Positions 1 through 9,506 of a DNA stretch of 64,000 bases are shown piece after piece (positions within the stretch are counted from its first letter, which is position 1; every line of letters begins with the position of its first letter). The stretch covers positions 61,547 through 125,546 of the forward strand of contig PAME01000012.1 in the NCBI GenBank assembly GCA_002707155.1, read 5' to 3'. The stretch is from Crocinitomicaceae bacterium. GTDB taxonomy: Bacteria > Bacteroidota > Bacteroidia > Flavobacteriales_G > Salibacteraceae. The translations under genes and the position numbers were made by a program. Below the pieces are notes generated by a model. The model had not been told where the DNA came from and did not search any database. It saw nothing but the letters and a program-made list of their open reading frames with translations.

Positions 1-547
1 TTGCACCAGCTTCAGTAAGTTTTTCACAAGCGGATTGAACCGCTATTGTAGCTCCGGAAATAACTAATTGGCCCGGGCAATTATAATTTGCCGCTACAAC
101 AACCCCGTCAATCGCGCTGCAAATTTCCTCAACAATATTATCATCTAGACCCAGTATGGCTGCCATTGTTGAAGGTTCAGCTTCACAGGCTTTTTGCATA
201 GCTAATGCTCGTTTTGACACTAGTCTAAGGCCGTCTTCAAATTCAAGTACTTTATTAGCAACTAGTGCTGATAATTCGCCAAGTGAGTGACCAGCAACCA
301 TGTCAGGCTTAAATTTATCACCCAAGCTGGCGGCGAGAATTGTAGAATGTAGAAAGATTGCTGGCTGCGTTACTTTGGTTTGTTTTAGTTCCTCATCTGT
401 GCCATTGAACATAATTTCCACTATGTCAAACCCCAGGATTTCATTTGCTTTATCGAATAGAGCCTTTGCATTAGGGTTAGAGTCGTACAAATCTTTTCCC
501 ATTCCTATAAACTGCGATCCTTGTCCAGGAAAAACATATGCTTTCAT
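1..547 (-). CDS. fabD: Malonyl CoA-ACP transacylase, 3' part runs off the window (N-terminal 182 aa present)
   Basis: My translation of the minus strand from the ATG at 545-547 gives MKAYVFPGQGSQFIGMGKDLY...PDMVAGHSLGELSALVA, with the GQGSQ and GHSLGE FabD motifs. It is absent from the ORF track because it is truncated by the window edge. Confidence 0.9.
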   Translation of the reverse strand, partial: MKAYVFPGQGSQFIGMGKDLYDSNPNAKALFDKANEILGFDIVEIMFNGTDEELKQTKVTQPAIFLHSTILAASLGDKFKPDMVAGHSLGELSALVANKVLEFEDGLRLVSKRALAMQKACEAEPSTMAAILGLDDNIVEEICSAIDGVVVAANYNCPGQLVISGATIAVQSACEKLTEAGA

Positions 548-626
548 AATATTCAGTGCTAATTTGCAGCAAATATAAAGTTCCGAAAATTTGGAGAGGG
601 AATAGGAGCATAAATTTATCAAAAGC

Positions 627-634
627 TACCTTTG
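627..634 (+). promoter_or_regulatory. Candidate Bacteroidota -7 promoter box (TACCTTTG = TAnnTTTG) upstream of the epimerase gene
   Basis: Exact match to TAnnTTTG 20 nt upstream of the ATG at 654. No well-spaced -33 TTG found. Confidence 0.35.
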
Positions 635-653
635 TTTTTATATTATTGGAGTT

Positions 654-1625
654 ATGATAGTTGTTACAGGTGCAGCAGGCTTTATTGGAAGTTGTTTGGT
701 TGAGAAGTTAAATGAAGAAGGTTTTTTTGAATTGATCTTGGTTGATGACTTTTCACGCGAAGAGAAAAAAGCCAATTATGAAAACAAAAAATTCAAGACT
801 TTAGTTGATCGAGGTGATTTTCCTCAATGGTTGATTGAGCAACATAAGCTGGTAGAATTTGTTTTTCACATTGGTGCAAGAACAGATACAACAGAATTTG
901 ATGTTTCAATTTTTGACGAGTTGAATTTGAATTATACAAAATCACTTTGGAAAATTTGCAGCGATAATTCTATTCCTTTTGTTTACGCTTCATCTGCGGC
1001 GACTTATGGTCTAGGAGAGTTGGGTTACAAAGATGACCATGCTCTACCAATTGATTTAAAGCCTTTAAACCCTTATGGTGAATCAAAAAATGATTTTGAC
1101 ATCTGGGCTTTAAAACAAAAGAAGCACCCTTATTTCTGGGCTGGTTTTAAGTTTTTTAATGTGTATGGGCCAAACGAGTATCATAAAGGAAGAATGGCCT
1201 CGGTGATTTGGCATGCATTTAATCAGATTAGGTCAACTGGTGCTATGAAACTATTTCAATCGCATAATTCTAATTTTAAGGATGGAGAGCAGTTACGCGA
1301 TTTTATATATGTAAAAGATGTAGTAAATGTGCTGTTTTTTATCATGAATAATAGGCAATCTGAAAATTCAGGACTCTATAATTTAGGTACAGGAAAAGCT
1401 CGTTCTTTTAATGCTTTGGTTCATTCCACGTTTAGAGCCCTTAATCTTGCACCAGAAATTTCTTATATCCCTACACCAGTTGATATTAGAGATAAATATC
1501 AGTATTTCACCGAGGCAGATATGAGTAAGTTAAAGTCAATTGGTTATTCCAATGTGTTTACTTCGTTGGAAAAGGGAGTGGAAGACTATGTTGTGAACTA
1601 CTTAGTAAAGGGAGGCTACTATTAG
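654..1625 (+). CDS. hldD: ADP-L-glycero-D-manno-heptose 6-epimerase-like NAD-dependent epimerase
   Basis: MIVVTGAAGFIGS Rossmann motif. YASSAATYG, FNVYGPNEYHKGRMASV and RDFIYVKDV match blocks I recall from E. coli HldD. 323 aa. Confidence 0.7.
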   Translation: MIVVTGAAGFIGSCLVEKLNEEGFFELILVDDFSREEKKANYENKKFKTLVDRGDFPQWLIEQHKLVEFVFHIGARTDTTEFDVSIFDELNLNYTKSLWKICSDNSIPFVYASSAATYGLGELGYKDDHALPIDLKPLNPYGESKNDFDIWALKQKKHPYFWAGFKFFNVYGPNEYHKGRMASVIWHAFNQIRSTGAMKLFQSHNSNFKDGEQLRDFIYVKDVVNVLFFIMNNRQSENSGLYNLGTGKARSFNALVHSTFRALNLAPEISYIPTPVDIRDKYQYFTEADMSKLKSIGYSNVFTSLEKGVEDYVVNYLVKGGYY

Positions 1626-1961
1626 TCAAGTTCTTTTCGCAAGAGAGTAAGTTGAGCCCTTACATTGAGCAACCTGTCTTTTAATTCCTGTTGCTCAAGT
1701 AGTACATTTCGGTTTTCTTTTAAAGCTTTTTTAGCACCTTCAAGGGTATGTCCTTTATCTTTTACTAAATCGTAAATTATTTTTAGGTAAGAGAGGTCTT
1801 TTTGTGTGAATAGGCGCTTCCCGTTTTTGTTTTTTTTTGGGCTTGAGCAAATCAAATTCACTTTCCCAAAAACGAATTAAGGAAGAGTTTACATCAAAGA
1901 TTTTAGCAACCTCTCCAATGCTATAATACAGTTTTGTTATTTCTTTTTCGCGATATGGCAA
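1622..1961 (-). pseudogene. MerR-family transcriptional regulator interrupted by a +1 frameshift in an A9 run (ORFs 1755-1961 and 1622-1861)
   Basis: The upstream ORF carries the HTH (YSIGEVAKIFDVNSSLIRFWESEFDLLKPKK). The downstream ORF continues as KNKNGKRLFTQKDLSYLKIIYDLVKDKGHTLEGAKKAL. Removing one A from the run at 1830-1838 joins them into one ~112 aa MerR-like protein. Confidence 0.75.
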
Positions 1962-2008
1962 AATGAATACTTAATTTTTTGGTTCTGCTAAAGTAAGTAA
2001 AAGTACTG

Positions 2009-2980
2009 TTAGTCAAACGATTGTATTGGTTGCTCGGATAAATCAATTATTTGCTGAAATTGTTCAGGAGAAAGATCCTGGTAATAATAATTTACGGGAT
2101 CTATTTTTACTCCATTTTTAACCACTTCATAGTGTAAGTGGGGAGCAGTGCTGCTACCCGTATTCCCAACAAATCCAAGGATATCACCTCGGTTTACTTT
2201 TTGGCCTACCCGAACGTTAATCCTGCTCATATGGGCATAAATAGTATTGTAACCATACCCGTGATCAACAATAACGTGAAACCCGAAACCAAATCTCTTT
2301 TTTTCGACACTCAATACAGTTCCATTACCAGTAACAAAAATCTCTGTGCCTGTTGGAGCAGTGAAGTCTTGTCCCTCATGCATTTTTCGAATCTTTAAAA
2401 TTGGATGCATGCGTATGCCAAAACCTGAACTAATTCGTTTTAAATCTTCACTTTTCAGCGGCATGATGGAGGGGATACTCGCAAGCATTTGCTCTTTTTT
2501 ACTTGCCATATCCATTACTTCATCAAAGGATTTAGATTGTATATAAATCTGTTTGGTCAGTTTATCCATTTTTTTGGCGGTCTCAATTAATATATCCGAA
2601 TTGTTATAACCTTCTAAAAGTGCGTAGCGATTTACACCTCCAATACCAGATTTTCGGAGATTATCAGCAATTGGGTCAGCCTCCAGAATTACTCGGTAAA
2701 TGTTATCATCACGCTCCTGAATATTTGCTAAAACTTTTGAAAGATTTCCAAGTTTTTTATTAAGCAACTCATATTCATGGAACAGCTTTTCATTTTCTCT
2801 TTTAAGCTGACGTTCTTCGGGTGTGTCAAAAAAGAAAAATGTAACAACAAGAAACAAAGTAGCAAAGACAACACCACTTAAGGTATAGGTTACCAACCTA
2901 AATAAACGATCTTTTGCTGTGAGCTCAATTTGCTCATAACTTAGCGTTTTAGTGTTGTATTTGTATTTTTTAGTTGCCAT
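2009..2980 (-). CDS. M23-family metallopeptidase (membrane-anchored, coiled-coil N-terminus)
   Basis: C-terminal HxGxDF...HMS...GNTGSSTAPHLHYEV LytM/M23 motifs. N-terminal TM helix. 323 aa. Confidence 0.9.
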   Translation of the reverse strand: MATKKYKYNTKTLSYEQIELTAKDRLFRLVTYTLSGVVFATLFLVVTFFFFDTPEERQLKRENEKLFHEYELLNKKLGNLSKVLANIQERDDNIYRVILEADPIADNLRKSGIGGVNRYALLEGYNNSDILIETAKKMDKLTKQIYIQSKSFDEVMDMASKKEQMLASIPSIMPLKSEDLKRISSGFGIRMHPILKIRKMHEGQDFTAPTGTEIFVTGNGTVLSVEKKRFGFGFHVIVDHGYGYNTIYAHMSRINVRVGQKVNRGDILGFVGNTGSSTAPHLHYEVVKNGVKIDPVNYYYQDLSPEQFQQIIDLSEQPIQSFD

Positions 2981-3032
2981 TTATATTAAGTCGAGCTTAA
3001 CATTTTCAGTACACAAAGTTACTGAATAAACC

Positions 3033-3040
3033 TAAATTTG
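3033..3040 (+). promoter_or_regulatory. Candidate -7 box (TAAATTTG) upstream of alaS
   Basis: Exact TAnnTTTG match about 80 nt upstream of the alaS ATG. Confidence 0.3.
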
Positions 3041-3120
3041 CGCAAAATGAATGAATGACGTATAGCTCTCAGTATTAATGGGCGTTTAGAGCATTTTTGT
3101 TAAGAGAAAAAACAGAAAAC

Positions 3121-5736
3121 ATGAATTGGGAAGTAAATAAGATAAGGGAAGAATTTTTGGAGTTTTTTAAATCAAAAGGACACCTTGTTGAAGCATCAGC
3201 TCCTATGGTCGTGAAAAATGACCCTACGCTAATGTTTACCAATGCTGGAATGAATCAGTTTAAGGATATTTTTCTAGGAAATAGAGTTCCTGATGTTAAA
3301 CGTATTTCTAATTCTCAGAAATGTCTCAGGGTATCAGGAAAACATAACGACCTTGAAGAAGTAGGCGTGGATACTTACCACCATACCATGTTTGAGATGC
3401 TGGGCAATTGGTCTTTCGGTGATTACTTTAAAGAAGAAGCCATTGGTTGGGCATGGGAACTACTTATTGATGTATACAAACTTGATGAAAGTAGGCTGTA
3501 TGTTACAGTTTTTGAAGGAGATCAAGACGATAATACGGAGGCTGATATCGAGGCAGAAAACTTATGGTCAAAGCTGATAAGTAAAGAAAGGATATTAAGA
3601 TGTGATAAGAAAGATAATTTTTGGGAAATGGGTGAAATGGGTCCCTGTGGGCCTTGCTCGGAAATTCACATAGATTTAAGACCTGCTTCAGAAAGAGAGA
3701 CAATTGATGGAAAAAGCCTGGTAAATAAGGATCACCCTTTAGTTATTGAAATTTGGAACTTAGTTTTTATCCAATTTAACAGAGACTCAAAAGGAAAGCT
3801 AAGCAACCTGCCAAACAAGCATGTGGATACGGGTATGGGGCTTGAAAGATTAGCTATGGCGCTTCAAAAAAAAGAGTCAAATTACGATACGGATGTTTTT
3901 AGCCCGCTTATTTCTAAACTGGAACAGTTATCAAATCTACAATTTGAATCTTCCGATAGTAAAGTAGATGTTGCTTTTAGAGTCATTGCAGATCACATAA
4001 GAGCGGTATCATTTTCTATTGCAGACGGACAATTACCTTCAAATACTGGAGCTGGATATGTAATTAGAAGGATATTGCGCAGAGCAATTCGATATGGATA
4101 TAGTTTTTTGGATTTCGATCAACCTTTTATAAACAAACTTGTGCCTGTTCTTATAGAGCAGCTGGGGGGGCATTTTTCAGAACTTAAAGCACAGGAAAAG
4201 CTTATCTCATCAGTTGTAAAGGAAGAAGAAGAATCGTTTCTAAGAACATTAGCGAAAGGAATTGTTAAGTTGGAAAAGACGCTAGCTTCCAATAGCAAAA
4301 TAGAAGGAAAGCAAGCATTTGAATTGTACGACACTTTTGGTTTTCCCATTGACTTGACTCAACTTATTGCAATGGAGCATAACGCTCCAGTGGATATGGA
4401 AGGGTTTGCAAAAGAATTAGAGCTTCAAAAGAATAGATCGAGGAATTCAAATGTTGTAACGACGGACGATTGGGTGGTAAATCTTAATAACGTTTCACAA
4501 AACTTTACGGGATATGATGAGTTAATAACCACGGCTAATATTGTTAAGTATAGAGAAGTTGAAACCAAAGGAAAAAAGTATTATCAGATTGCTTTAGATA
4601 ATATTCCATTTTATCCGCAAGGTGGAGGACAAGTCGGCGATTCTGGAGTTTTAAAACAAGATTCAGTTATTGTTAAGGTAATCGATACAAAAAAGGAAAA
4701 TGATTTAATAGTTGTCACTGCAAAAGAGTTCGGGCTAGACGTGAACTTAAGTTTAACAGCTGAAGTCGATGTGACACGTCGAAAATTAGCTCAGGCAAAT
4801 CACAGCGCAACACATTTGTTGCATTTGGAGTTAAGGAACATTTTAGGAACGCATGTAGAACAAAAGGGTTCGTTTGTTTCGGCTGACTATTTGCGGTTTG
4901 ACTTTTCTCATTTTCAAAAAGTATCTCAAGAACAATTGAAGGAGATAGAAGGTAAAGTGAATGGGTTGATTTTTCAAAATCTTCAGCTGGATGAGAATAG
5001 GAGTGCAAGCATGGAAGATGCTACTAAAGCTGGAGCTATGCTGCTATTTGGTGAAAAATACGGAGACAAAGTGCGAATGATTTGTTTTGGTGACTCTGTA
5101 GAATTGTGCGGTGGTACGCACGTTACACAAACCAGTGAAATTAGGTTATTTAAAATTATTGGTGAATCATCTGTTGCAGCTGGTATTCGAAGAATTGAGG
5201 CCATAACATCAAGTAAAGCATTGGAGTTTTTAAATGATGAAGAGGAGGATTTGAATAACGTTAAGTTGAAACTCCAAAACTCGAAACAACCAATTAAAGC
5301 ATTGGAAGATTTGATAGAAAGCAATGCTATGCTGATTGAGCAAATGTTAGCGGTGGAAAAAGAAAATGCTAAGGAATTGAAGTCCTATATTCTTGCCCAT
5401 AAGGAAACAAATGATTCAAATATTGACTTCTACTTTGGGAGTACTAAGCTAGCCGCTAAAAGTGTAAAGGATATTCTCTTTGAATTAAAAGCTGACAATA
5501 AGGATTTAGTTGTTGGAATAGCTTCCATTGCTAGTGACAAGGTCACAATTAGTCTAATGGTAGGTGATGCACTGGTGGCGTCAAAATCATTGAATGCTGG
5601 AGCGGGAATAAAATTAATTTCTAAAGCTATAAATGGTGGAGGAGGAGGTCAACCCTTTTTCGCTACCGCTGGTGGTAAGAATGTTAATGGCGTAGCTGAA
5701 GCATTTGAATCTTTAAAGAATTGGTTGGTTCAGTAG
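3121..5736 (+). CDS. alaS: Alanine--tRNA ligase
   Basis: Class II AlaRS motifs (FTNAGMNQFK, HHTMFEMLGNWSFGDYFK, GPCGPCSEIH), editing-domain HSATHLL and CGGTH motifs, C-terminal GGGGG. I prefer the ATG at 3121 (MNWEVNKIREEF) over the TTG at 3097. Confidence 0.97.
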   Translation: MNWEVNKIREEFLEFFKSKGHLVEASAPMVVKNDPTLMFTNAGMNQFKDIFLGNRVPDVKRISNSQKCLRVSGKHNDLEEVGVDTYHHTMFEMLGNWSFGDYFKEEAIGWAWELLIDVYKLDESRLYVTVFEGDQDDNTEADIEAENLWSKLISKERILRCDKKDNFWEMGEMGPCGPCSEIHIDLRPASERETIDGKSLVNKDHPLVIEIWNLVFIQFNRDSKGKLSNLPNKHVDTGMGLERLAMALQKKESNYDTDVFSPLISKLEQLSNLQFESSDSKVDVAFRVIADHIRAVSFSIADGQLPSNTGAGYVIRRILRRAIRYGYSFLDFDQPFINKLVPVLIEQLGGHFSELKAQEKLISSVVKEEEESFLRTLAKGIVKLEKTLASNSKIEGKQAFELYDTFGFPIDLTQLIAMEHNAPVDMEGFAKELELQKNRSRNSNVVTTDDWVVNLNNVSQNFTGYDELITTANIVKYREVETKGKKYYQIALDNIPFYPQGGGQVGDSGVLKQDSVIVKVIDTKKENDLIVVTAKEFGLDVNLSLTAEVDVTRRKLAQANHSATHLLHLELRNILGTHVEQKGSFVSADYLRFDFSHFQKVSQEQLKEIEGKVNGLIFQNLQLDENRSASMEDATKAGAMLLFGEKYGDKVRMICFGDSVELCGGTHVTQTSEIRLFKIIGESSVAAGIRRIEAITSSKALEFLNDEEEDLNNVKLKLQNSKQPIKALEDLIESNAMLIEQMLAVEKENAKELKSYILAHKETNDSNIDFYFGSTKLAAKSVKDILFELKADNKDLVVGIASIASDKVTISLMVGDALVASKSLNAGAGIKLISKAINGGGGGQPFFATAGGKNVNGVAEAFESLKNWLVQ

Positions 5737-6000
5737 TCCTCATATTGTATTTGCGTCTGGCTGCTTATAGAGATCATATACCAGATTATTGCATTTGTTC
5801 AATGAAGTCTATCAAGTCACTGCTTAGAGGTTAATTCGATCTCTTAGATGGCACTAAAAGGACGTTTTTTCTTTTTTTTAGACTACTTCTGCAACTGCAT
5901 TAATGAACATAAGACTGCAACGTTAGATTCAATTGTTTGCTGTGGAATGTCGAGGCATATCTACAAATGATAAGATTCAACTGGTTTAGAAATTGAGCAT

Positions 6001-6031
6001 AAAAAAAGGGGTGAAAATTCACCCCTTTTTT
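6001..6031. terminator. Bidirectional rho-independent terminator between the convergent alaS and T9SS cargo genes
   Basis: A7-GGGGTGAA-AA-TTCACCCC-T6: a GC-rich stem flanked by an A-run and a T-run, 20 nt past the stop of the minus-strand gene. Confidence 0.8.
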
Positions 6032-6051
6032 ACATTCAATATTTAGTCTGC

Positions 6052-9000
6052 TTATTTTACAATAAACTTATCTTGATATGATTCACCATCAACTTCTACT
6101 GCAATAGTGTAAAAGCCAGGAGCTACATTAACAAGATTAACTTCTTTGTTATTGTTTCCAGTTAATACTCCATAAGCTTCATTGAAAACAGTTCTGCCAT
6201 TTATATCAACTATAGAGACAGATACATCGTTTCCATTTAAGCCTTTAAAGTCAAGGTTAAATTTACCGTTGTTTGGATTTGGATACAACGTTAATGCCGC
6301 TCCAGATTCATTCTCAAGAATATTTAAAGTACTAATAGAAACCTCAAACGTGGTATCTTTTGATCTACACTGATTACTGTTTGTATACTTTACTGTGTAA
6401 ATTCCATCCTTAGCGTAAATATGCTTAGGAAGTCTAAAGTTAGACGAATCACCATCACCAAAATCCCAACTGTGGTTGCTACCCGGTGAATTGTTGCTAA
6501 TAACCTTAAATAGTAAACCATTTGTGGTATCAGCTATATCAATTACTGGTCGTCCAAGAATTTTCATAAGAATACTATCTTGAGAAATACAACCTTTATG
6601 GTCAACAGTTACTTTCACGTAAGCTCTTGGTGAAGGAAGCTCAAAGTCAGAAATAGCTGCACCTGGATCTCTATTGGTGGCACCACCAGAATAACCGGTC
6701 CATGTAAAGGTAGCACCAATTGTTCCATCAACGTTACTTAAAACAACTTGAGAAGCACCCTCACAAACTATAATACTATCCCTGCCAAAATCAGCAGCTG
6801 GAGAATACGTTACGTTAAACGTATCTGCAGAAACACAACCCCAGTTGTCAGTAGCAGTTACTGAATAAGTCGATTGCTGTGTAACAGCAACAAGAGCAGT
6901 TGAATCGTTAGAACTCCAAGCATAGTTTGTTCCACCTACGATAGTAGTGTTAACATTTAATGTAGTTCCAAAGCACATATTAGTGTCATTTGGTAATGAT
7001 ACTGCATCAGGAGTAATAATCTCAATAGTATCTACAACAACTCCACAAGCATTAAAGAAAGTTACAGAGTACTCGCCCGGTGTGTTAATACTAACCCATT
7101 GATTTGTATCAATATCAGCACCCGTGGCTAAAGATTTCCAAATTGCGGTTTCACCAAAGTTACCTCTACCTGCAGTTAATCGGGTAGAATCTCCTGGACA
7201 CAAACCATAATCAGCTGCTAATTTAACATCTGAAATAGGTGTAAACTCATCCGCTCCAATACTTGGAGTAGTTGTAGAGCGTGGATCACCATCATAATCG
7301 TCTGTAATTCCTGGAAGTACGGTACCTGCTTTAGAAAGCGCATTGTTACAAACGTGCAGGTCATTTCCTTTAGTATTGTAAAAGAATGGATTCAATTGTC
7401 TTGAGTTCATATCTAATGAAGTAGCGTTTTGATATGCAGTAAGCGTAGCAAAGTTTCCTCCACCTGTTCCGCCAATTGAAACTATATCATTGCCTGGTGC
7501 ATAAAAGTTGTTATAATCAGATTTTGTTACAGCACCAAATGAAGCTTGGTTAACAGCAACACCTGCAACATCAATAACAATAACATTATTCCATAATGCG
7601 TTTCCAGTACCTTGTTCGTAGAAAACACCTTCGTTAGCTCCACCATTACCATTAATAGCAATATTGTTATTCGCTACTTGCGTAAAATTAGAGTTAGAAA
7701 TTGTAATTCCTCTGTACTCAAGGCTACTCCAAGGTTGTCCAATGTTTAGGAAGTTATTGTAAATCCAGTTTGTACCAGATCCTTTGTTATAATCTTCAAC
7801 ATAAACTCCATAACGAGGCCATTGACTGTTAGAGGACTTCACTATGTTGTTGTCAATGATTAAATCACCTGAACACTTAAACACGAATATTCCCATACCA
7901 ATTAAATCAATTGATGCAGTATTAGAAATATTAGGTGCTAGAGAAGCAATAGAGTTGTCTGAAATATGAATATTACTAGCCGATTCAAAGTGAATACTTG
8001 ACAAGTAGCTACCCGTAAAGTCACAATCTTCAACTGTATGAGATGATCCTCCCTTAATATATATACCATCAGTTCCTGCAATAAATTCAGATGAAGTGAT
8101 AGAGATGTTATCTCCTGTTCCGTCTCCTAGGATAAGTGTATTATCTCTGTTCGTATTGGCATAATCAGATCTAAAGCTACAATTATCAATGTAAATATGC
8201 TCACTTCCACCATCCAATAACAAATTATGAGAGTGGTCGGTAGTAAAACCATTTTGACTATAGAAGTCAATATTTTCTATATACAAATACGACATATCTG
8301 TAAGGTGCATAATGTAGTTATTGTCTACATCACAGGAATCAAAACTTAGTTTTGCTCTAGCACCATTAGATGCTTTTCCTCTTAAGATAATCGGAGTGGT
8401 AGGACTGGTTCCCGCTAAATTAGGGAAATCATACTGTCCAATATATCCATTATGGCTTGAATCTAATTCAATAATTAGAGTGTCACAAATACCGCCAACT
8501 GCAGCAAAAGAATCTAGGGCTAAATTAAGATTAGAAAAATCATTAGCACCATTAGCAGTATCTCCCACAGTCCAAAGTTTTTTGGTAATAGTTGGTGTAA
8601 TTACAAACATTACCGTATCATCAATATTCAAAGAATCTGACACTCCATTAGGCATAGAAGACCATAAGGTAAGCGTATCTCCTGTTTTAAAACCTGGAGC
8701 ATGTGTATAAATACTGAACTGCGTACATTTCCCAGGCATCAAACTATCTTTTTGCCATGTATTTGGGATATTAATGGCTGGTAATGGATTTCCAGCAGCA
8801 TCTGTAGTATTAAAAACACCACCAACAAGCATACTATCAACTCTTCCTATACCATCATTACAAACCTCAACAGTTACATTTTGCACCAAAGTACCCGGGC
8901 AAATAGGATTACGAGGAGAAACCAAATCACCTATTGTAGTAGATGAGTTCGGCGGAAACAATACCATAAAATCAACTGAACTACCACCAGTAGTTCTGAT

Positions 9001-9477
9001 ACATGGGTTAGTAGAATTCGAAGTGTAAACATTCACTCTCATTCTTTTAGGCCCTGCTGGAACTATCCTTGAAATAGGAGGCATAAGGACATTGAATTGT
9101 GCCGTTACATTTCTACTATTCCAAGAAACACGGGGTCCGTTATAAATTAATTCGTTAAAATCAAAAACGTTGTTACTATTCATATCTATCCAAACCTTCG
9201 GGTAATATGATGTACCAACACGATCGTAGCGCGCAGTAAGATTAAACTGTACCGTCTGAGCAGGCTTTACCAACATTTGTGCAGTAGCTGTTAAGTCTGA
9301 GTACTTTAAGAAAAGCCCACTTAAATTAACGTTATTGATTGCACCAGAAGTTTGCAACTGATCCATCGATGTCCAATTAGATTGAGTTGCACTCGGCGTA
9401 CAATATTGCGCGAACGATTCCGACCCTGTAACTATGATCAGTGCCAAAATCGAAGTGTATGTAATTAATTTTTTCAT
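6052..9477 (-). CDS. T9SS-secreted multidomain protein A: signal peptide, GEVED-like N-domain, right-handed parallel beta-helix region, three Cys-bracketed Ig-like domains, PKD domain, T9SS C-terminal sorting domain
   Basis: Signal peptide ending FAQYCTP. Repetitive N/G/I-rich beta-helix segment. Three ~60 aa units of the form CxGxx...W...C(I/V)S. WDFGDGDSS PKD motif. C-terminal LTLYPNPNNGKFNLDF...FYTIAVEV typical of the Por/T9SS CTD. Confidence 0.85.
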   Translation of the reverse strand: MKKLITYTSILALIIVTGSESFAQYCTPSATQSNWTSMDQLQTSGAINNVNLSGLFLKYSDLTATAQMLVKPAQTVQFNLTARYDRVGTSYYPKVWIDMNSNNVFDFNELIYNGPRVSWNSRNVTAQFNVLMPPISRIVPAGPKRMRVNVYTSNSTNPCIRTTGGSSVDFMVLFPPNSSTTIGDLVSPRNPICPGTLVQNVTVEVCNDGIGRVDSMLVGGVFNTTDAAGNPLPAINIPNTWQKDSLMPGKCTQFSIYTHAPGFKTGDTLTLWSSMPNGVSDSLNIDDTVMFVITPTITKKLWTVGDTANGANDFSNLNLALDSFAAVGGICDTLIIELDSSHNGYIGQYDFPNLAGTSPTTPIILRGKASNGARAKLSFDSCDVDNNYIMHLTDMSYLYIENIDFYSQNGFTTDHSHNLLLDGGSEHIYIDNCSFRSDYANTNRDNTLILGDGTGDNISITSSEFIAGTDGIYIKGGSSHTVEDCDFTGSYLSSIHFESASNIHISDNSIASLAPNISNTASIDLIGMGIFVFKCSGDLIIDNNIVKSSNSQWPRYGVYVEDYNKGSGTNWIYNNFLNIGQPWSSLEYRGITISNSNFTQVANNNIAINGNGGANEGVFYEQGTGNALWNNVIVIDVAGVAVNQASFGAVTKSDYNNFYAPGNDIVSIGGTGGGNFATLTAYQNATSLDMNSRQLNPFFYNTKGNDLHVCNNALSKAGTVLPGITDDYDGDPRSTTTPSIGADEFTPISDVKLAADYGLCPGDSTRLTAGRGNFGETAIWKSLATGADIDTNQWVSINTPGEYSVTFFNACGVVVDTIEIITPDAVSLPNDTNMCFGTTLNVNTTIVGGTNYAWSSNDSTALVAVTQQSTYSVTATDNWGCVSADTFNVTYSPAADFGRDSIIVCEGASQVVLSNVDGTIGATFTWTGYSGGATNRDPGAAISDFELPSPRAYVKVTVDHKGCISQDSILMKILGRPVIDIADTTNGLLFKVISNNSPGSNHSWDFGDGDSSNFRLPKHIYAKDGIYTVKYTNSNQCRSKDTTFEVSISTLNILENESGAALTLYPNPNNGKFNLDFKGLNGNDVSVSIVDINGRTVFNEAYGVLTGNNNKEVNLVNVAPGFYTIAVEVDGESYQDKFIVK

Positions 9478-9506
9478 AATTATTTTTTTAATTTTTAGTA
9501 CTGAAA

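Noticed and set aside
300-578. 92 aa plus-strand ORF from the track
   Set aside because: It lies entirely antisense to a clear fabD coding sequence (GQGSQ and GHSLGE motifs on the minus strand) and has no recognisable features of its own.
3097-3120. TTG-initiated extension of alaS
   Set aside because: The ATG at 3121 gives the conserved AlaRS N-terminus, and nothing supports the extra 8 codons.
8321-9028. ORFs of 84-129 aa antisense to T9SS cargo gene A; similar ones occur inside cargo gene B, the FG-GAP gene, fusA, alaS, the fadB-like gene and elsewhere
   Set aside because: All are embedded opposite long, well-supported genes. They have low-complexity or odd composition and no motifs.
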